From a virus (Duplodnaviria > Caudoviricetes), in the IMG/VR virus record IMGVR_UViG_2636416120_000006, positions 18,598 through 82,597 of that record: 64,000 nucleotides of DNA, one strand, 5' to 3'. The notes below the pieces were generated by a model, which ran no database searches, had not been told where the DNA came from, and saw nothing but the letters and a program-made list of their open reading frames with translations. Both the position numbers and the translations under genes were made by a program. Below, in pieces: positions 46,255-55,784 of this stretch (positions are counted from its first letter, which is position 1; every line of letters begins with the position of its first letter).

Positions 46255-46634
46255 CCACCGCCCAGATCCGGGCCGCCAACCTTCGTGCCATCGAGGAAGG
46301 CACCCTCGCCGCGATCGCCCACCCGGGCAAGGACGGCTGCAGTTACATCCGAGGATGTGCCATCGGGTGCGCTCTCAACGATGAGACGCGCCAGAAGATC
46401 ACCAACGATCTGCTCGACGCCACCCGTCTCGTCATCCTGCTCGAGGAGCCCGACCTCCTCCAGGTCGAGGACGTCGCCCTCGCCTGCCGGCTGCAGAGCG
46501 TCCACGACGCCCTCGCCCGCGGCGACATGATCGCGTCCGAGCACGCCGCGGCCTTCCCCGTCCTCACCCCCTTCATCGGCGAGCCCATCGAGCTCGACCA
46601 CTACCGGGCCGTGATCGAGAGCCTGCCCACCTGA
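46242..46634 (+). CDS. Cys-motif paralog family A, copy 2
   Basis: TTAQIRAANL..CSY..GCAIG..RLQ..HD..HYRAVIE. Confidence 0.8.
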   Translation: MQHLTTAQIRAANLRAIEEGTLAAIAHPGKDGCSYIRGCAIGCALNDETRQKITNDLLDATRLVILLEEPDLLQVEDVALACRLQSVHDALARGDMIASEHAAAFPVLTPFIGEPIELDHYRAVIESLPT

Positions 46635-46664
46635 TCCATCCACATCCCTGAGAGGGACCAATCC

Positions 46665-47039
46665 ATGTCCGATTTCAAGCACACCCCTGAGCAGGCGAGA
46701 TCCGCGCTTGTCACCGCGCTGCGTTCCGGCGACTACAAGCAGGCCGAAGGTCAACTGCGCAGAGGCGATCGTTTCTGCTGCCTTGGCGTCGCGTGCGACC
46801 TGTTCGCCAAACTGGAGGAGACAGGCCACTGGGATCCCGAGGACGAGGAAATCTTCCGGACCGCCGATGGCGGATGGGGTGACGCTCTACTGCCGGACAC
46901 CGTTCGCCGCTGGCTCAACTTCCGGACGGTGAACGGGGAGTTGTTCAGTGACGAGACCTCTCTTGCCGGCATGAACGATCGCGGAGCCTCTTTCGCCGAT
47001 CTGGCGAAGGTCATTGAGCAGGGCCAGGCCAATGCCTGA
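46665..47039 (+). CDS. Cys-motif paralog family B, copy 4
   Basis: Same motifs as the other family B copies. Confidence 0.85.
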   Translation: MSDFKHTPEQARSALVTALRSGDYKQAEGQLRRGDRFCCLGVACDLFAKLEETGHWDPEDEEIFRTADGGWGDALLPDTVRRWLNFRTVNGELFSDETSLAGMNDRGASFADLAKVIEQGQANA

Positions 47040-47466
47040 CTTCAAGCACACCCCCGAACAGGCGCGTGCGGCCTGGGTCGCCGCCCTGCGCTCCGACGCC
47101 TATCAGCAGAGCCAGGGCGCCCTGCGTGACGTCAACTACCACACCGAGAAGAGCAGCTTCTGTTGCCTCGGCGTCGCCTGCGACGTGTTCCTGAAGCTCG
47201 AGGGCCGAGGCGAGTGGGACTGCGACGACTACTTCGTCGTCGGCGACTATGACAGCAGCACTGCCCTCCCCGATCCCGTCGCCGAATGGCTCGGCCTCTC
47301 GTCCTCGCTCGGCCGCCTGACCGAGGAGATCGACTACAACAGCATCCGGGTCGCCAGAGACCTCACCGACCTGAACGACAGCGCCAAATACTCGTTCGGC
47401 GACATCGCCGACCTAATCGAGGGCGGCAAGGTCGCTCTCTCCCACATTCCCGCGAGGAACCAATGA
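47032..47466 (+). CDS. Cys-motif paralog family B, copy 5
   Basis: Same motifs; start MPDFKH. Confidence 0.85.
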   Translation: MPDFKHTPEQARAAWVAALRSDAYQQSQGALRDVNYHTEKSSFCCLGVACDVFLKLEGRGEWDCDDYFVVGDYDSSTALPDPVAEWLGLSSSLGRLTEEIDYNSIRVARDLTDLNDSAKYSFGDIADLIEGGKVALSHIPARNQ

Positions 47467-47888
47467 ACGTCGAACGTCTCACCGAGCTCGTGCGCCTGCT
47501 GCGCGAGCCTTCCCAGGTCCCCGGCGTGTGGGGGTTCTGGATGGGTACCTGGTACGAGCAGTTTTCAGGCGTCGAGCACGTCGTCAACGCCGAAGCCTAC
47601 GACGAGGAGAACAACTGCGGCACGACGTGTTGCGCGATGGGCCTGGCCGGGCTGCACAAGTCCTTTCAGGACCAAGGCCTCACCTACGACCCGGAGAGGG
47701 CCATTTTCGCCGTCGATGGGCGCCGGTCCAACGGCTTCGATGCTGCCGCGATCTTCTTCGACATCCCGTTCGATGACGCACTAGCGATCTTTGACGCGCA
47801 CTACAGCCTCTACGGCACCAGCGACCCCAGCCCCGAACAGGTCGCCAATGTCATCGAGCGCTACATCGTCGACGGGAGCCTGCCGTGA
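47463..47888 (+). CDS. Cys-motif paralog family C, copy 1
   Basis: RL..LV.LLR...NCGTTCCAMGLA...PEQVANVIERY. Confidence 0.8.
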   Translation: MNVERLTELVRLLREPSQVPGVWGFWMGTWYEQFSGVEHVVNAEAYDEENNCGTTCCAMGLAGLHKSFQDQGLTYDPERAIFAVDGRRSNGFDAAAIFFDIPFDDALAIFDAHYSLYGTSDPSPEQVANVIERYIVDGSLP

Positions 47889-48295
47889 ACAAGCCCCGCC
47901 TCCTCCGCCTCGTCCAGCTGCTGCGCGCCCCGCTGCCCGACGAGCTCAGCGGGTTCTCAATGAGTTTCTTCAGGACCAACGTGGACCTGAACGACTTCGG
48001 CGCGGACAACGCAGTGTGGCGCCCTGGGTTCAATTGCGGCACGGTCTGCTGCGCGCTGGGTCTGGCTGCCCTCGACCCCGAGTTTCAGACCGCTGGCCTC
48101 CACCTGTCCGGCGGGAACGTCTACTTCGAGAACTCGAACAGCTACGATGCCGGGGCTGAGTTCTTCGAAATCCCGATCGATCATGCCGAGCGCATCTTCT
48201 ACCCCGACGACGACCTCTACGGGCCCCGGCCTCACCGCCCCGAGACCGTCGCCGACGTGATCGAGCGGTACGTGGAGACGGGGGTGCTTCCGTGA
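47885..48295 (+). CDS. Cys-motif paralog family C, copy 2
   Basis: NCGTVCCALGLA...PETVADVIERY. Confidence 0.8.
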   Translation: MNKPRLLRLVQLLRAPLPDELSGFSMSFFRTNVDLNDFGADNAVWRPGFNCGTVCCALGLAALDPEFQTAGLHLSGGNVYFENSNSYDAGAEFFEIPIDHAERIFYPDDDLYGPRPHRPETVADVIERYVETGVLP

Positions 48296-48527
48296 GCAAA
48301 CCCTGGCAGTTGCGCTACTTCATCGGAGACGAACCCGCCAGCGAAGCTTGTGCTGACGTCGATCGTGCAGAGTTCAGTCGGCACGGTGTGTACGACCGCG
48401 TGGTCGTGCCCGTGAAAGACGGCACGTCTCGCAGTCTTCTCAGCCTCCTCGAACGTGCCTACGAGGCGGGACGCCAGGCCAAGGCGGATGAAATTCGGCA
48501 CGCAGTCTTCAACACAAGGCCCGTTCC

Positions 48528-48977
48528 ATGACCCCCACCCCCCTCCAGCTCCTCGAGCAGGTCTGTGGCGAGGTCCACGAGCGCCGAGACGGCAAGCTGC
48601 TGATCGCCCTGTCCGGCGGGCTCCCCAACTACGACCCGCGCGTCACGGTGATCCGAGCGGCTCTCGCCGCTCGGGCGCCTCTGCGAGAAGATATCGATCT
48701 CCTCCTCGATCGGCTGGAAGACAAGGCCAAGAGCTACCGCCACACAGCTGATCGGTGTGACAACCCCGACGCTGCCGACTTCTTCCGCAGCACGGCGCTC
48801 CAGGCCGACATCGACGCCGGCCTAGTGCAGTCACTCGCGGAACGGGGGAAGCAGCTCGAGGATCTCGCGAAGGATGCCCTTCGGGATCTCCGCTACATCT
48901 ACGACAACTTCCCGGAGACGGGCGGCGGGTTCGTCGCCCGGGAGACCATCCGGAAGCTCGAGGCGGTTCTGAAATGA
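48528..48977 (+). CDS. Hypothetical protein
   Basis: ATGA-coupled chain. Confidence 0.6.
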   Translation: MTPTPLQLLEQVCGEVHERRDGKLLIALSGGLPNYDPRVTVIRAALAARAPLREDIDLLLDRLEDKAKSYRHTADRCDNPDAADFFRSTALQADIDAGLVQSLAERGKQLEDLAKDALRDLRYIYDNFPETGGGFVARETIRKLEAVLK

Positions 48978-49414
48978 AACTCAAGGCCGTCCACAACAAG
49001 CGCCTCGGCCGGTGGCAGCTTTGCCATGACCAGTGGTGCAAGCCGGGTGAGACCAGCATCGTCGCGATCGTCCTCACCAGCGAGGATCCCGAGGCCGACG
49101 AGCGCCGGGCGAAGCTGATCGAAGCCCGGTTCAACGAGGGCGACGCGCTCCAGCGATCACGAGATCTCTGGAAGGAAACAGCTGAGTTCGTTCTCAAGCA
49201 TGCAACCCCCACCGGCTGGCGCCCAAAGATGGAGTGGGCCGAAGACGATCAACCCATTCCCGAGGACGCCCAGATCGAGGCCGCCCATCCGATGATCTCC
49301 GAGGCACCGAACGTCCATGGTGTCTACGCCGAAGCGCTCCGGATGGTCTCGGCCAAGCGTTCGAAGTACGCCCTGGTCGACCTCGTCCACTGGCTGCTGA
49401 TGCGCCATGCGTAA
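48974..49414 (+). CDS. Hypothetical protein
   Basis: ATGA-coupled chain. Confidence 0.6.
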   Translation: MKLKAVHNKRLGRWQLCHDQWCKPGETSIVAIVLTSEDPEADERRAKLIEARFNEGDALQRSRDLWKETAEFVLKHATPTGWRPKMEWAEDDQPIPEDAQIEAAHPMISEAPNVHGVYAEALRMVSAKRSKYALVDLVHWLLMRHA

Positions 49415-49581
49415 CCGCCACCCAGGTCCCTGCTACCGCTGCGGCGAGGTCGTCCTCGCCGGCGAGGGCCACTTCGAGAAGTGGGGCCGAGGCTGGCTTA
49501 CCCAGCACGCCGAATGTGCTATCGCCTACCGGGGCACCGGCGTCGGCAAGACCGAACCACAAAGCAGTCGCGGAGGAAGAG

Positions 49582-49782
49582 ATGAGTGACATCGAACGCC
49601 GGATCCTCACCTACCTCAGCCGATATAAGAAGGAGATCGGCGCCATGTGGACGGCCGACATCGCCTACGGCCTGCGAGAGTCCACACCTTTCATCCGGAA
49701 GATCCTGGTGAAACTGGAGAAGGACGGGAAGGTCAGGCGTGTCGTGATCGGCAACCCGACGTCGTGGGAGCTGGCAGAATGA
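49582..49782 (+). CDS. Winged-helix DNA-binding protein
   Basis: GGAGG SD; RILTYL..TADIAYGL..IRKILVKLEKDGKV..PTSW. Confidence 0.7.
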   Translation: MSDIERRILTYLSRYKKEIGAMWTADIAYGLRESTPFIRKILVKLEKDGKVRRVVIGNPTSWELAE

Positions 49783-50030
49783 CACCCTCAGAGATCGCCA
49801 GGAGAGAACGCGTAAAAACGCTGGAGTTGCTTGCCCAGAACCCCGAACTCTCCGACGAGACCCGTCGAGACGCCGAGGTCCTCGGCGGTGCTCTGACGCT
49901 GGCGATCAACCAAGTTGGGGAGGTGCTCGGCCGACCTCTGGCGCCAGGCGTCGTCGCGTTGGTGCTCCGCGCCTACGCCGAAGAAGCAGAGCGCGTGATC
50001 GCCGCGCTCCGTGAACACTACAATTCGGAG

Positions 50031-50077
50031 AGTTGATATCAACTTGCTTTGACCAGACCATCCGGCCCGAGCATCTT
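50031..50077 (+). promoter_or_regulatory. Box-associated promoter
   Basis: Perfect palindrome AGTTGATATCAACT, then TTGACC-N17-CATCTT. Confidence 0.7.
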
Positions 50078-50105
50078 TACCAAACACCATCCCTGAGAGG
50101 GACCA

Positions 50106-50339
50106 ATGTCGAACGTTCTCACCTTCCCGGCCCAGGATCAGCCTGCGGTCGAGCACGTCTCCCAGGACCAGTGGGGGCGGCCGATGTACCGGTTCGCGAT
50201 CTCGTACGATCACCTGCCGAACCGCACCTGGACCGCCGACATCTGGGCCTACAACCAGGCCGACGCAGAGGCCCGGCTCGAAGCCATCCGCAACAACGGC
50301 GTCATCGCCGGCCAGGCGCTTGAGGAGGGGGCATGGTGA
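50106..50339 (+). CDS. Hypothetical protein
   Basis: Hairpin-RBS start. Confidence 0.7.
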   Translation: MSNVLTFPAQDQPAVEHVSQDQWGRPMYRFAISYDHLPNRTWTADIWAYNQADAEARLEAIRNNGVIAGQALEEGAW

Positions 50340-50649
50340 ACCTGCCCGAACTCCGCCCCATCGGGCCGGATGGCGCCCCTCATGCCAAGCTGAAGGGCCA
50401 GATCCAGATCCTCACCGCCATGCACCACGTCGAGCTGATTCAGGTCGGCTACCTGACGGAGTATGGAGACATCATCACCCGCCAGATGCCGGACGAGGAC
50501 GCGCCCGATATGGCTGACATCGTCTCGGTCGAGCCGGAATTCACCGACGAGTTCAACGAGCTCCACGCCGCTACCGGCAGCCAGGGCTGGCTCGAGACCG
50601 TGTTCATCGCGCACCGCGAGTATGCGGTGTTCATCTTCCCGTTCTCGCT

Positions 50650-51318
50650 ATGAACAAGCTCGACAGCTTGGTTCGGATGAGCCTTCTTCGCTATCCGACC
50701 CTCTATGCGACCAGGTGGGACGTTCTGCGGAACCTCTATCTCGGCTTTGGCCACGGCTACGAGTGGATCGACGGCGAGCTGAGCAACATCTTCAAGGAGG
50801 ACGACGAAGAGACGGCCCGCTCCAGGTTCTTCCGGGACATTAACGAAGACGCGGCCGAGCATCAGGCAGCGGTCGATCGGGGAATTCCTGATTTCCTGCA
50901 AGACCTGTATGAGCGCCGGCGAGTCAACCTCGAATTGCGTCGCCAGCGCCGGCGGTTCCAGTTCGACAACCTCGACATGATCACCGTCGAAGATCGTCTC
51001 TATCTGACCGGCTCATGGGACAACCCGCACGGCATCGTGCGGACCATTTCGACCCGGTACAGCCCGATCTTCCTGGTGCCGGACAACGCCGAGGAGTCGT
51101 TCCGACGCGGCGCCCGCGAGGTCTTCGACATCGCGATCCCCATGCTCTACGACCTCGAGCTCTGCGGCCACGACCACGGCATGCGCGCCACTCTGATCGC
51201 TTCGCAGAACAGGATCTTCCCACCGTCACCCTACGCCACCGAACTGGCGAAGAAACTGATCGACGAGATCCGGCGAGAAGAAGAAGAAGAAGAAGAAGAA
51301 GAAGAAGAAGGCGAGTAG
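50650..51318 (+). CDS. Hypothetical protein with poly-Glu tail
   Basis: ORF ending in (GAA)11. Confidence 0.7.
   Translation: MNKLDSLVRMSLLRYPTLYATRWDVLRNLYLGFGHGYEWIDGELSNIFKEDDEETARSRFFRDINEDAAEHQAAVDRGIPDFLQDLYERRRVNLELRRQRRRFQFDNLDMITVEDRLYLTGSWDNPHGIVRTISTRYSPIFLVPDNAEESFRRGAREVFDIAIPMLYDLELCGHDHGMRATLIASQNRIFPPSPYATELAKKLIDEIRREEEEEEEEEEEGE
51277..51309 (+). repeat. (GAA)11 microsatellite
   Basis: Perfect trinucleotide run. Confidence 0.95.
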
Positions 51319-51347
51319 TCTTTCCACCACATCCCTGAGAGGGACCA

Positions 51348-51746
51348 ATGCTGACCCAAGCCATCGACGAGTACATCGCCGGGCTCGAGATCCCGTCCAA
51401 CATTAAGGACATGATCTCCCTCGCCCGGATGGACCTGACCAATGGGCCCGTCTACCTCGACGCCGGCGGCGAGCCCTGCTCCTGCTTCGACCCCTACGTG
51501 AAGCGCTTCGACTTCTCGGCGGCCACCGACCAGATCTCCACGGCGCTCCGGGACCTGGTCGGGCCGATCTACCTCACTGAGGACGGGTGCTGGCAGATCA
51601 GCGAGCCCGAGGCGGAGCTCGATTGGTTCACCAACGACGATGGTGAGGTCGAGGAAATCTGGGTGCCGGCTCCGGACTTCACCGTCGTCGACACGAGCCA
51701 GATCCTCGCCCGGATCGTCGGGCCGGAGCTCGTGAGGTACGTGTGA
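51348..51746 (+). CDS. Acidic hypothetical protein
   Basis: Hairpin-RBS start. Confidence 0.7.
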   Translation: MLTQAIDEYIAGLEIPSNIKDMISLARMDLTNGPVYLDAGGEPCSCFDPYVKRFDFSAATDQISTALRDLVGPIYLTEDGCWQISEPEAELDWFTNDDGEVEEIWVPAPDFTVVDTSQILARIVGPELVRYV

Positions 51747-52355
51747 TGAAGCGCAAGCACCTCACCGACGCAGAGCAGTCGACCCTCACCAACGCCCTCC
51801 AGGTCGCGGCCGAGCGCTTCGATGAGCACGTCAAGCTGTTCACCGAGCTCGCCGAGGGCGGTGGCAACGACTTCATCCGCCCCCGTGCCGCCGTCTCGAT
51901 GGCCCAGCAGTTCGAGCGCCAGGCGGCGGACACCCGATCCCTGCTCTCGGTGATCAACGGCGCCGAGAGCGTAAAGGTGGAGTACGAGCCCGACGATGAG
52001 TGACTACGACCGCGTCATCGCCATCGAGGCCGAGCAGCAGCGTCTGCGTGCCGAGATGGAGCTCCAGCCCCAGCTCTGGATCCCCAACCTGATCCGGATC
52101 GCCGGCCTCGAGCAGGATCGAGCCGCCACCTACGCCCGGTTGAGGGAGGGGGCGGCATGAGGCACCTCTGCTCCGACTGCGGCGGCACCGGCCGGGACGA
52201 GCGGAAAACCGCCGCTAAAGCCAAGGAAGACGCCGAGTTTCGACATCGGGTCAAGCACCACGGGACCTATGTCCAGTGCTGGACCTGCAACGGTAGAGGC
52301 ATCGATCCAGCGGAGTATTTCCGCTGGGGGCCTCATCCCACAAGGGACAAATGTG

Positions 52356-52916
52356 ATGCATGACCCCAAGATCGGTGAGATCATCACCAACCCCGACGCC
52401 AAGCGCGACGCCATCCACTTCGCCGTGGCTCCCGTCACCGCGGCGCACCATCTGCGGCCCGGCGACCGGGTCCAGTTGCGCGACGACGGCACGGCCACCA
52501 ATGCCACCGACAAGGTGATCGGCATCGTCGATCCTTTCCTCGACGAGAACGTCAAGAAGGGCGACCGCTTCTTCCTGTTCCTGATGCCGAACACCATCAC
52601 CAGCCTGCGCCACGCCTGGGCCCACCCGGCCTTCCCCGACGAGCAGCTGGGCGAGATCGCCCCGCAGAACCCGGTCAAGGCGACCGAGTCCCGGCAGTGG
52701 ATCGAGGAGTTCGCCTCGAGCATGGGCTACACCTACGATGAGGTGATGACGGCGGCCAATGATCTCGCCGACGATGAGTGGGACTACACCTACGACAACA
52801 GCGAGAAATACAAAGACCGGGACTGGGAAGAGTTCTGGCCTCACTGGGAGCAGGTGACTGGTCGAACCAAGCCGGAGCACATTTACGGCGGAGCGCCGTA
52901 TTCGTGCGCCTGCTGA
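52356..52916 (+). CDS. Conserved phage hypothetical protein
   Basis: RDAIHFAVAP...GIVDPFL...ITSLRHAWAHPAF; ends CAC. Confidence 0.7.
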   Translation: MHDPKIGEIITNPDAKRDAIHFAVAPVTAAHHLRPGDRVQLRDDGTATNATDKVIGIVDPFLDENVKKGDRFFLFLMPNTITSLRHAWAHPAFPDEQLGEIAPQNPVKATESRQWIEEFASSMGYTYDEVMTAANDLADDEWDYTYDNSEKYKDRDWEEFWPHWEQVTGRTKPEHIYGGAPYSCAC

Positions 52917-53320
52917 GGATCCGGCCATGAAAACCATCTGGGCCCTCACCTCGGTCGCCAACCTCTACGATCAGCCCCCGAACAACCTGGTCGCGTGGTG
53001 GAGCGAGAAGCCCACCCTCGACCAGGTCTGTGACGCGCTCGGGATGGGCAAGTTCCCTCCCCAAACCGATCAGGCCGTGCTGCAGGTCGTCAACATCTGG
53101 TCCGGCAAAACCGAGAGGATCGGCAGCGACATCAGCGGCACCGACTTTTCCCTCAGCGAGATCAAGGAAGGCAAGCTGTGAACTATTTTGGCTGCGGACT
53201 GATGATCTTTGGCGCCGTGATGCTTCTATGCCACGGCGTGCAACAACCCACCAACCTTCGCTTCTCAATCTTTACCAGTGCCGGCACCGTTTTGGCTATT
53301 CTTGCAGGAGCATACGCGCT

Positions 53321-53710
53321 GTGAACGTCAACATCAGCATCGACATCCCGATCAGCCGGATCGCCGACCTCGTCTGCAACTGCTTCGAGGGCAGTTACTC
53401 GCCCTGGATCGGCAGCGCCAACCTGGCGCCCGGCGAGCACGCGATACCCGGGCTCGTCTTCTGGGCCCAGCCGCTCCTGTACGAGCAGCCGCGGTTCGGC
53501 ATCGTCGTCACCTACGACGGCCCGGACGATGACGAGGGCTCCTTCGCCAGCCAGAAGACGATCACGCTCGAGGACCTCCGCAAGGGCCTCGAGCTGATGG
53601 CTAAGGAGGAGCCCTATCAGTTCGGCAACTTCCTTTCGGACAACGACGACGCGATCACCGCCGACACCTTCATGCAGCTCGTGGTACTGGGAGAGGTGGT
53701 GTACGGATAG
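53321..53710 (+). CDS. Hypothetical protein
   Basis: AGGAG SD plus GTG; DAITAD..Q...GEVVYG end motif. Confidence 0.65.
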   Translation: MNVNISIDIPISRIADLVCNCFEGSYSPWIGSANLAPGEHAIPGLVFWAQPLLYEQPRFGIVVTYDGPDDDEGSFASQKTITLEDLRKGLELMAKEEPYQFGNFLSDNDDAITADTFMQLVVLGEVVYG

Positions 53711-54166
53711 GCATGACCGACCCCCAGTTCCAGGCTCTGAACTACCTCTACACCAGCGGCTTCAAGCCGCAACTGTGGGGTTCAGACTCGGCTGGGTGGC
53801 GGATTGGTCCGCTGCACAAGGTGTCCGCCGCCACCAAGCGCGCCCTCCTCCGCAACGGCTGGATCAAGTACGTGAAGGCCACTGCCGAGGCCGAGTGGTT
53901 CGAGCCCACGGCTGAGGGCCGGAGAGCCTATATGGCGGAGAAGGCGAGAAGACGATGACAAGATCCCTCAGTTCCATCTCCCAGCTGATGTACAAGGCTG
54001 GGATCGATCTGGAGGCATTCTACATGTTCGCGATCGCTCTCGGTGTTTCCGAAGATCGAGCGGAGCGGTTCCTCGAGGAGGAGGTGAAGGTGGTCCAGCA
54101 AAATCCTCACTTGCGGTATGAGGACGCCGTCGAGAAGGCACGGAAGCGGGTTTTGGAGCTCGCGAC

Positions 54167-54198
54167 TCGACATTCGACCTGATGTTCCTATAATGTTC
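54167..54198 (+). promoter_or_regulatory. SOS promoter: LexA box overlapping the -10
   Basis: TCGACA-N16-TATAAT with GTTC-CTATAAT-GTTC (54184-54198). Confidence 0.8.
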
Positions 54199-54207
54199 TC
54201 ATCCGGC

Positions 54208-54510
54208 ATGGAGGAGAACGTGCTCACCCTCAACACGATCGGCGACCTGGTCGACAGCGATCACGACCTCTACGTCTACTGCAAAGGCCGGGATTGTGGG
54301 CGCCGCGGTGCGCTCGATCTCTCTGGCATTGCGAAGATTCGTGGGAGAGCTCTCACGGTAATCGATCTGGTTGACAAACTACGATGTCAAGAGTGCGGAA
54401 ATGGTGTTACGTGCAGCATACATCCGCCAACGACCGGTCGAAATTTTGAGAGAGGCGTAATCAGAAAACCATCGCCAGATACTAGGCGACCTCTAATTCT
54501 CGGCAGTTAA
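54208..54510 (+). CDS. Zinc-ribbon protein (start may be GTG at 54220)
   Basis: YCKGRDC...LRCQECG; lower GC; own promoter and terminator. Confidence 0.7.
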   Translation: MEENVLTLNTIGDLVDSDHDLYVYCKGRDCGRRGALDLSGIAKIRGRALTVIDLVDKLRCQECGNGVTCSIHPPTTGRNFERGVIRKPSPDTRRPLILGS

Positions 54511-54558
54511 TATCTACCTCATTTGCAATGCCGCCCCCGAGGCGGCATTTTCCTTTTT
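54505..54558 (+). promoter_or_regulatory. Box-associated promoter overlapping a terminator hairpin
   Basis: AGTTAATATCTACC, TTGCAA-N17-CATTTT; AATGCCGCC/GGCGGCATT stem plus T-run. Confidence 0.6.
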
Positions 54559-54582
54559 AACAACCATCCCTGAGAGGGACCA

Positions 54583-54708
54583 ATGTTGACCGCCTTATGG
54601 AACTCTGTGCGCCTCGTCGCTGAGTGCGTCGGCTGGATCTTCATCGTGGGCGCCGTGTCTGGCGCTGTCGCCTACATGCACTTCAACCGCGAGCAGGACG
54701 TCGAGTGA
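54583..54708 (+). CDS. Small membrane protein, 41 aa
   Basis: MLTALWNSVRLVAECVGWIFIVGAVSGAVAYMHFNREQDVE behind hairpin RBS. Confidence 0.6.
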   Translation: MLTALWNSVRLVAECVGWIFIVGAVSGAVAYMHFNREQDVE

Positions 54709-54991
54709 TGTTCGTCGTGGTTCAGGAGCGCCCCTCCAACGATATGATCGCGGCTGGGTCGGAGGCCGAGGGTTACACCAGCTTCGACATGTTCGAGGAT
54801 CCACTGAAGCGGTCCTGGCCCGCCATGGTGAGTGCCTCTCGCCGGCCTTGCAACGGCGTCTACCTGGTCACCGATGGCCGGCTTCACCGACCACCCTGGC
54901 TCGTCCTGGTCTTCTACATCACCCGCTTCGCCCTCGGCTGCATGTGCGGTGCGAGCGCGATGGCCGCCATCCTCTGGTGGAGCCTGCAGGC

Positions 54992-55291
54992 ATGATCACT
55001 CTCTACGCCATCCAGCACAAGCCGACCGGCCATTTCCTGCCGGCGTCCAACCGGAAGCGCCGCGGGTATACCAACGACAAGCCGAAGGATCCTTTGAAGG
55101 TTCCGCCTCGCCTCTTCCGTCGGAAGGGGGACGCTAAGAACGCCCTGAGGTGGTGGCTGAAGGGGATCACCCACGTGTCCTACGTCGGCTCGTACGACGA
55201 CTACAACGAGGATTGGCACACCAAACCCGCCCCCGACCGGAAGGCCGAGGAGATGGAGGTCGTTCCGATGAGGCTTACCTATGACGATTGA
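54992..55291 (+). CDS. Hypothetical protein
   Basis: ATGA coupling; start MITLYAIQHKPTG. Confidence 0.6.
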   Translation: MITLYAIQHKPTGHFLPASNRKRRGYTNDKPKDPLKVPPRLFRRKGDAKNALRWWLKGITHVSYVGSYDDYNEDWHTKPAPDRKAEEMEVVPMRLTYDD

Positions 55292-55784
55292 GAAAGCCCG
55301 CGCCTTCGCGATCGGCGCCCACAACGGGATCGGTCAGGTCCGGAAGTACACCGGCGAACCCTACTGGTGGCACTGCCAGAACGTCGCCTGGTGGGTCCGC
55401 ATGGCGGACTACTGGACCGACGAGATGGCAGCCGCGGCCTGGCTCCACGACGTGGTCGAGGATACCAAGGTAACGCATCAGCAGCTGCTGGATGAGTTCG
55501 GCCGGGAAATCGCCTCCCTCGTCCAGCAGGTGTCTGACGTCTCCAGGCCGGGCGACGGAAACCGGAAAGCCCGGAAGCAGCTAGATCTCGAGCACCTAGC
55601 CGAGGCCTCGCCGGCGGCCAAGACGATCAAGCTCGCCGACATCATCGACAATACCGAGTCCATCGTCCGCCACGACCCGAACTTCGCCAAGGTTTACCTC
55701 GCCGAGAAGGCCGCCCTTCTTGAGGTCCTGACCGAGGGTGACCCGGGGTTGTGGGCGATCGCCAAACGACAGGTGACACCGTGA
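55281..55784 (+). CDS. HD-domain hydrolase, small alarmone hydrolase (Mesh1/SpoT-HD) type
   Basis: AH..Q.RKYTGEPY..H...AAWLHDVVEDT...IKLADIIDN. Confidence 0.85.
   Translation: MTIEKARAFAIGAHNGIGQVRKYTGEPYWWHCQNVAWWVRMADYWTDEMAAAAWLHDVVEDTKVTHQQLLDEFGREIASLVQQVSDVSRPGDGNRKARKQLDLEHLAEASPAAKTIKLADIIDNTESIVRHDPNFAKVYLAEKAALLEVLTEGDPGLWAIAKRQVTP

Noticed and set aside
41621-47466. Diversity-generating retroelement behind the paralogs
   Set aside because: No reverse transcriptase in the window and no template/variable repeat pair differing only at adenines; divergence is general.
50031-50044. FNR/FixK box
   Set aside because: FNR needs TTGAT-N4-ATCAA; here the half-sites overlap with no spacer.
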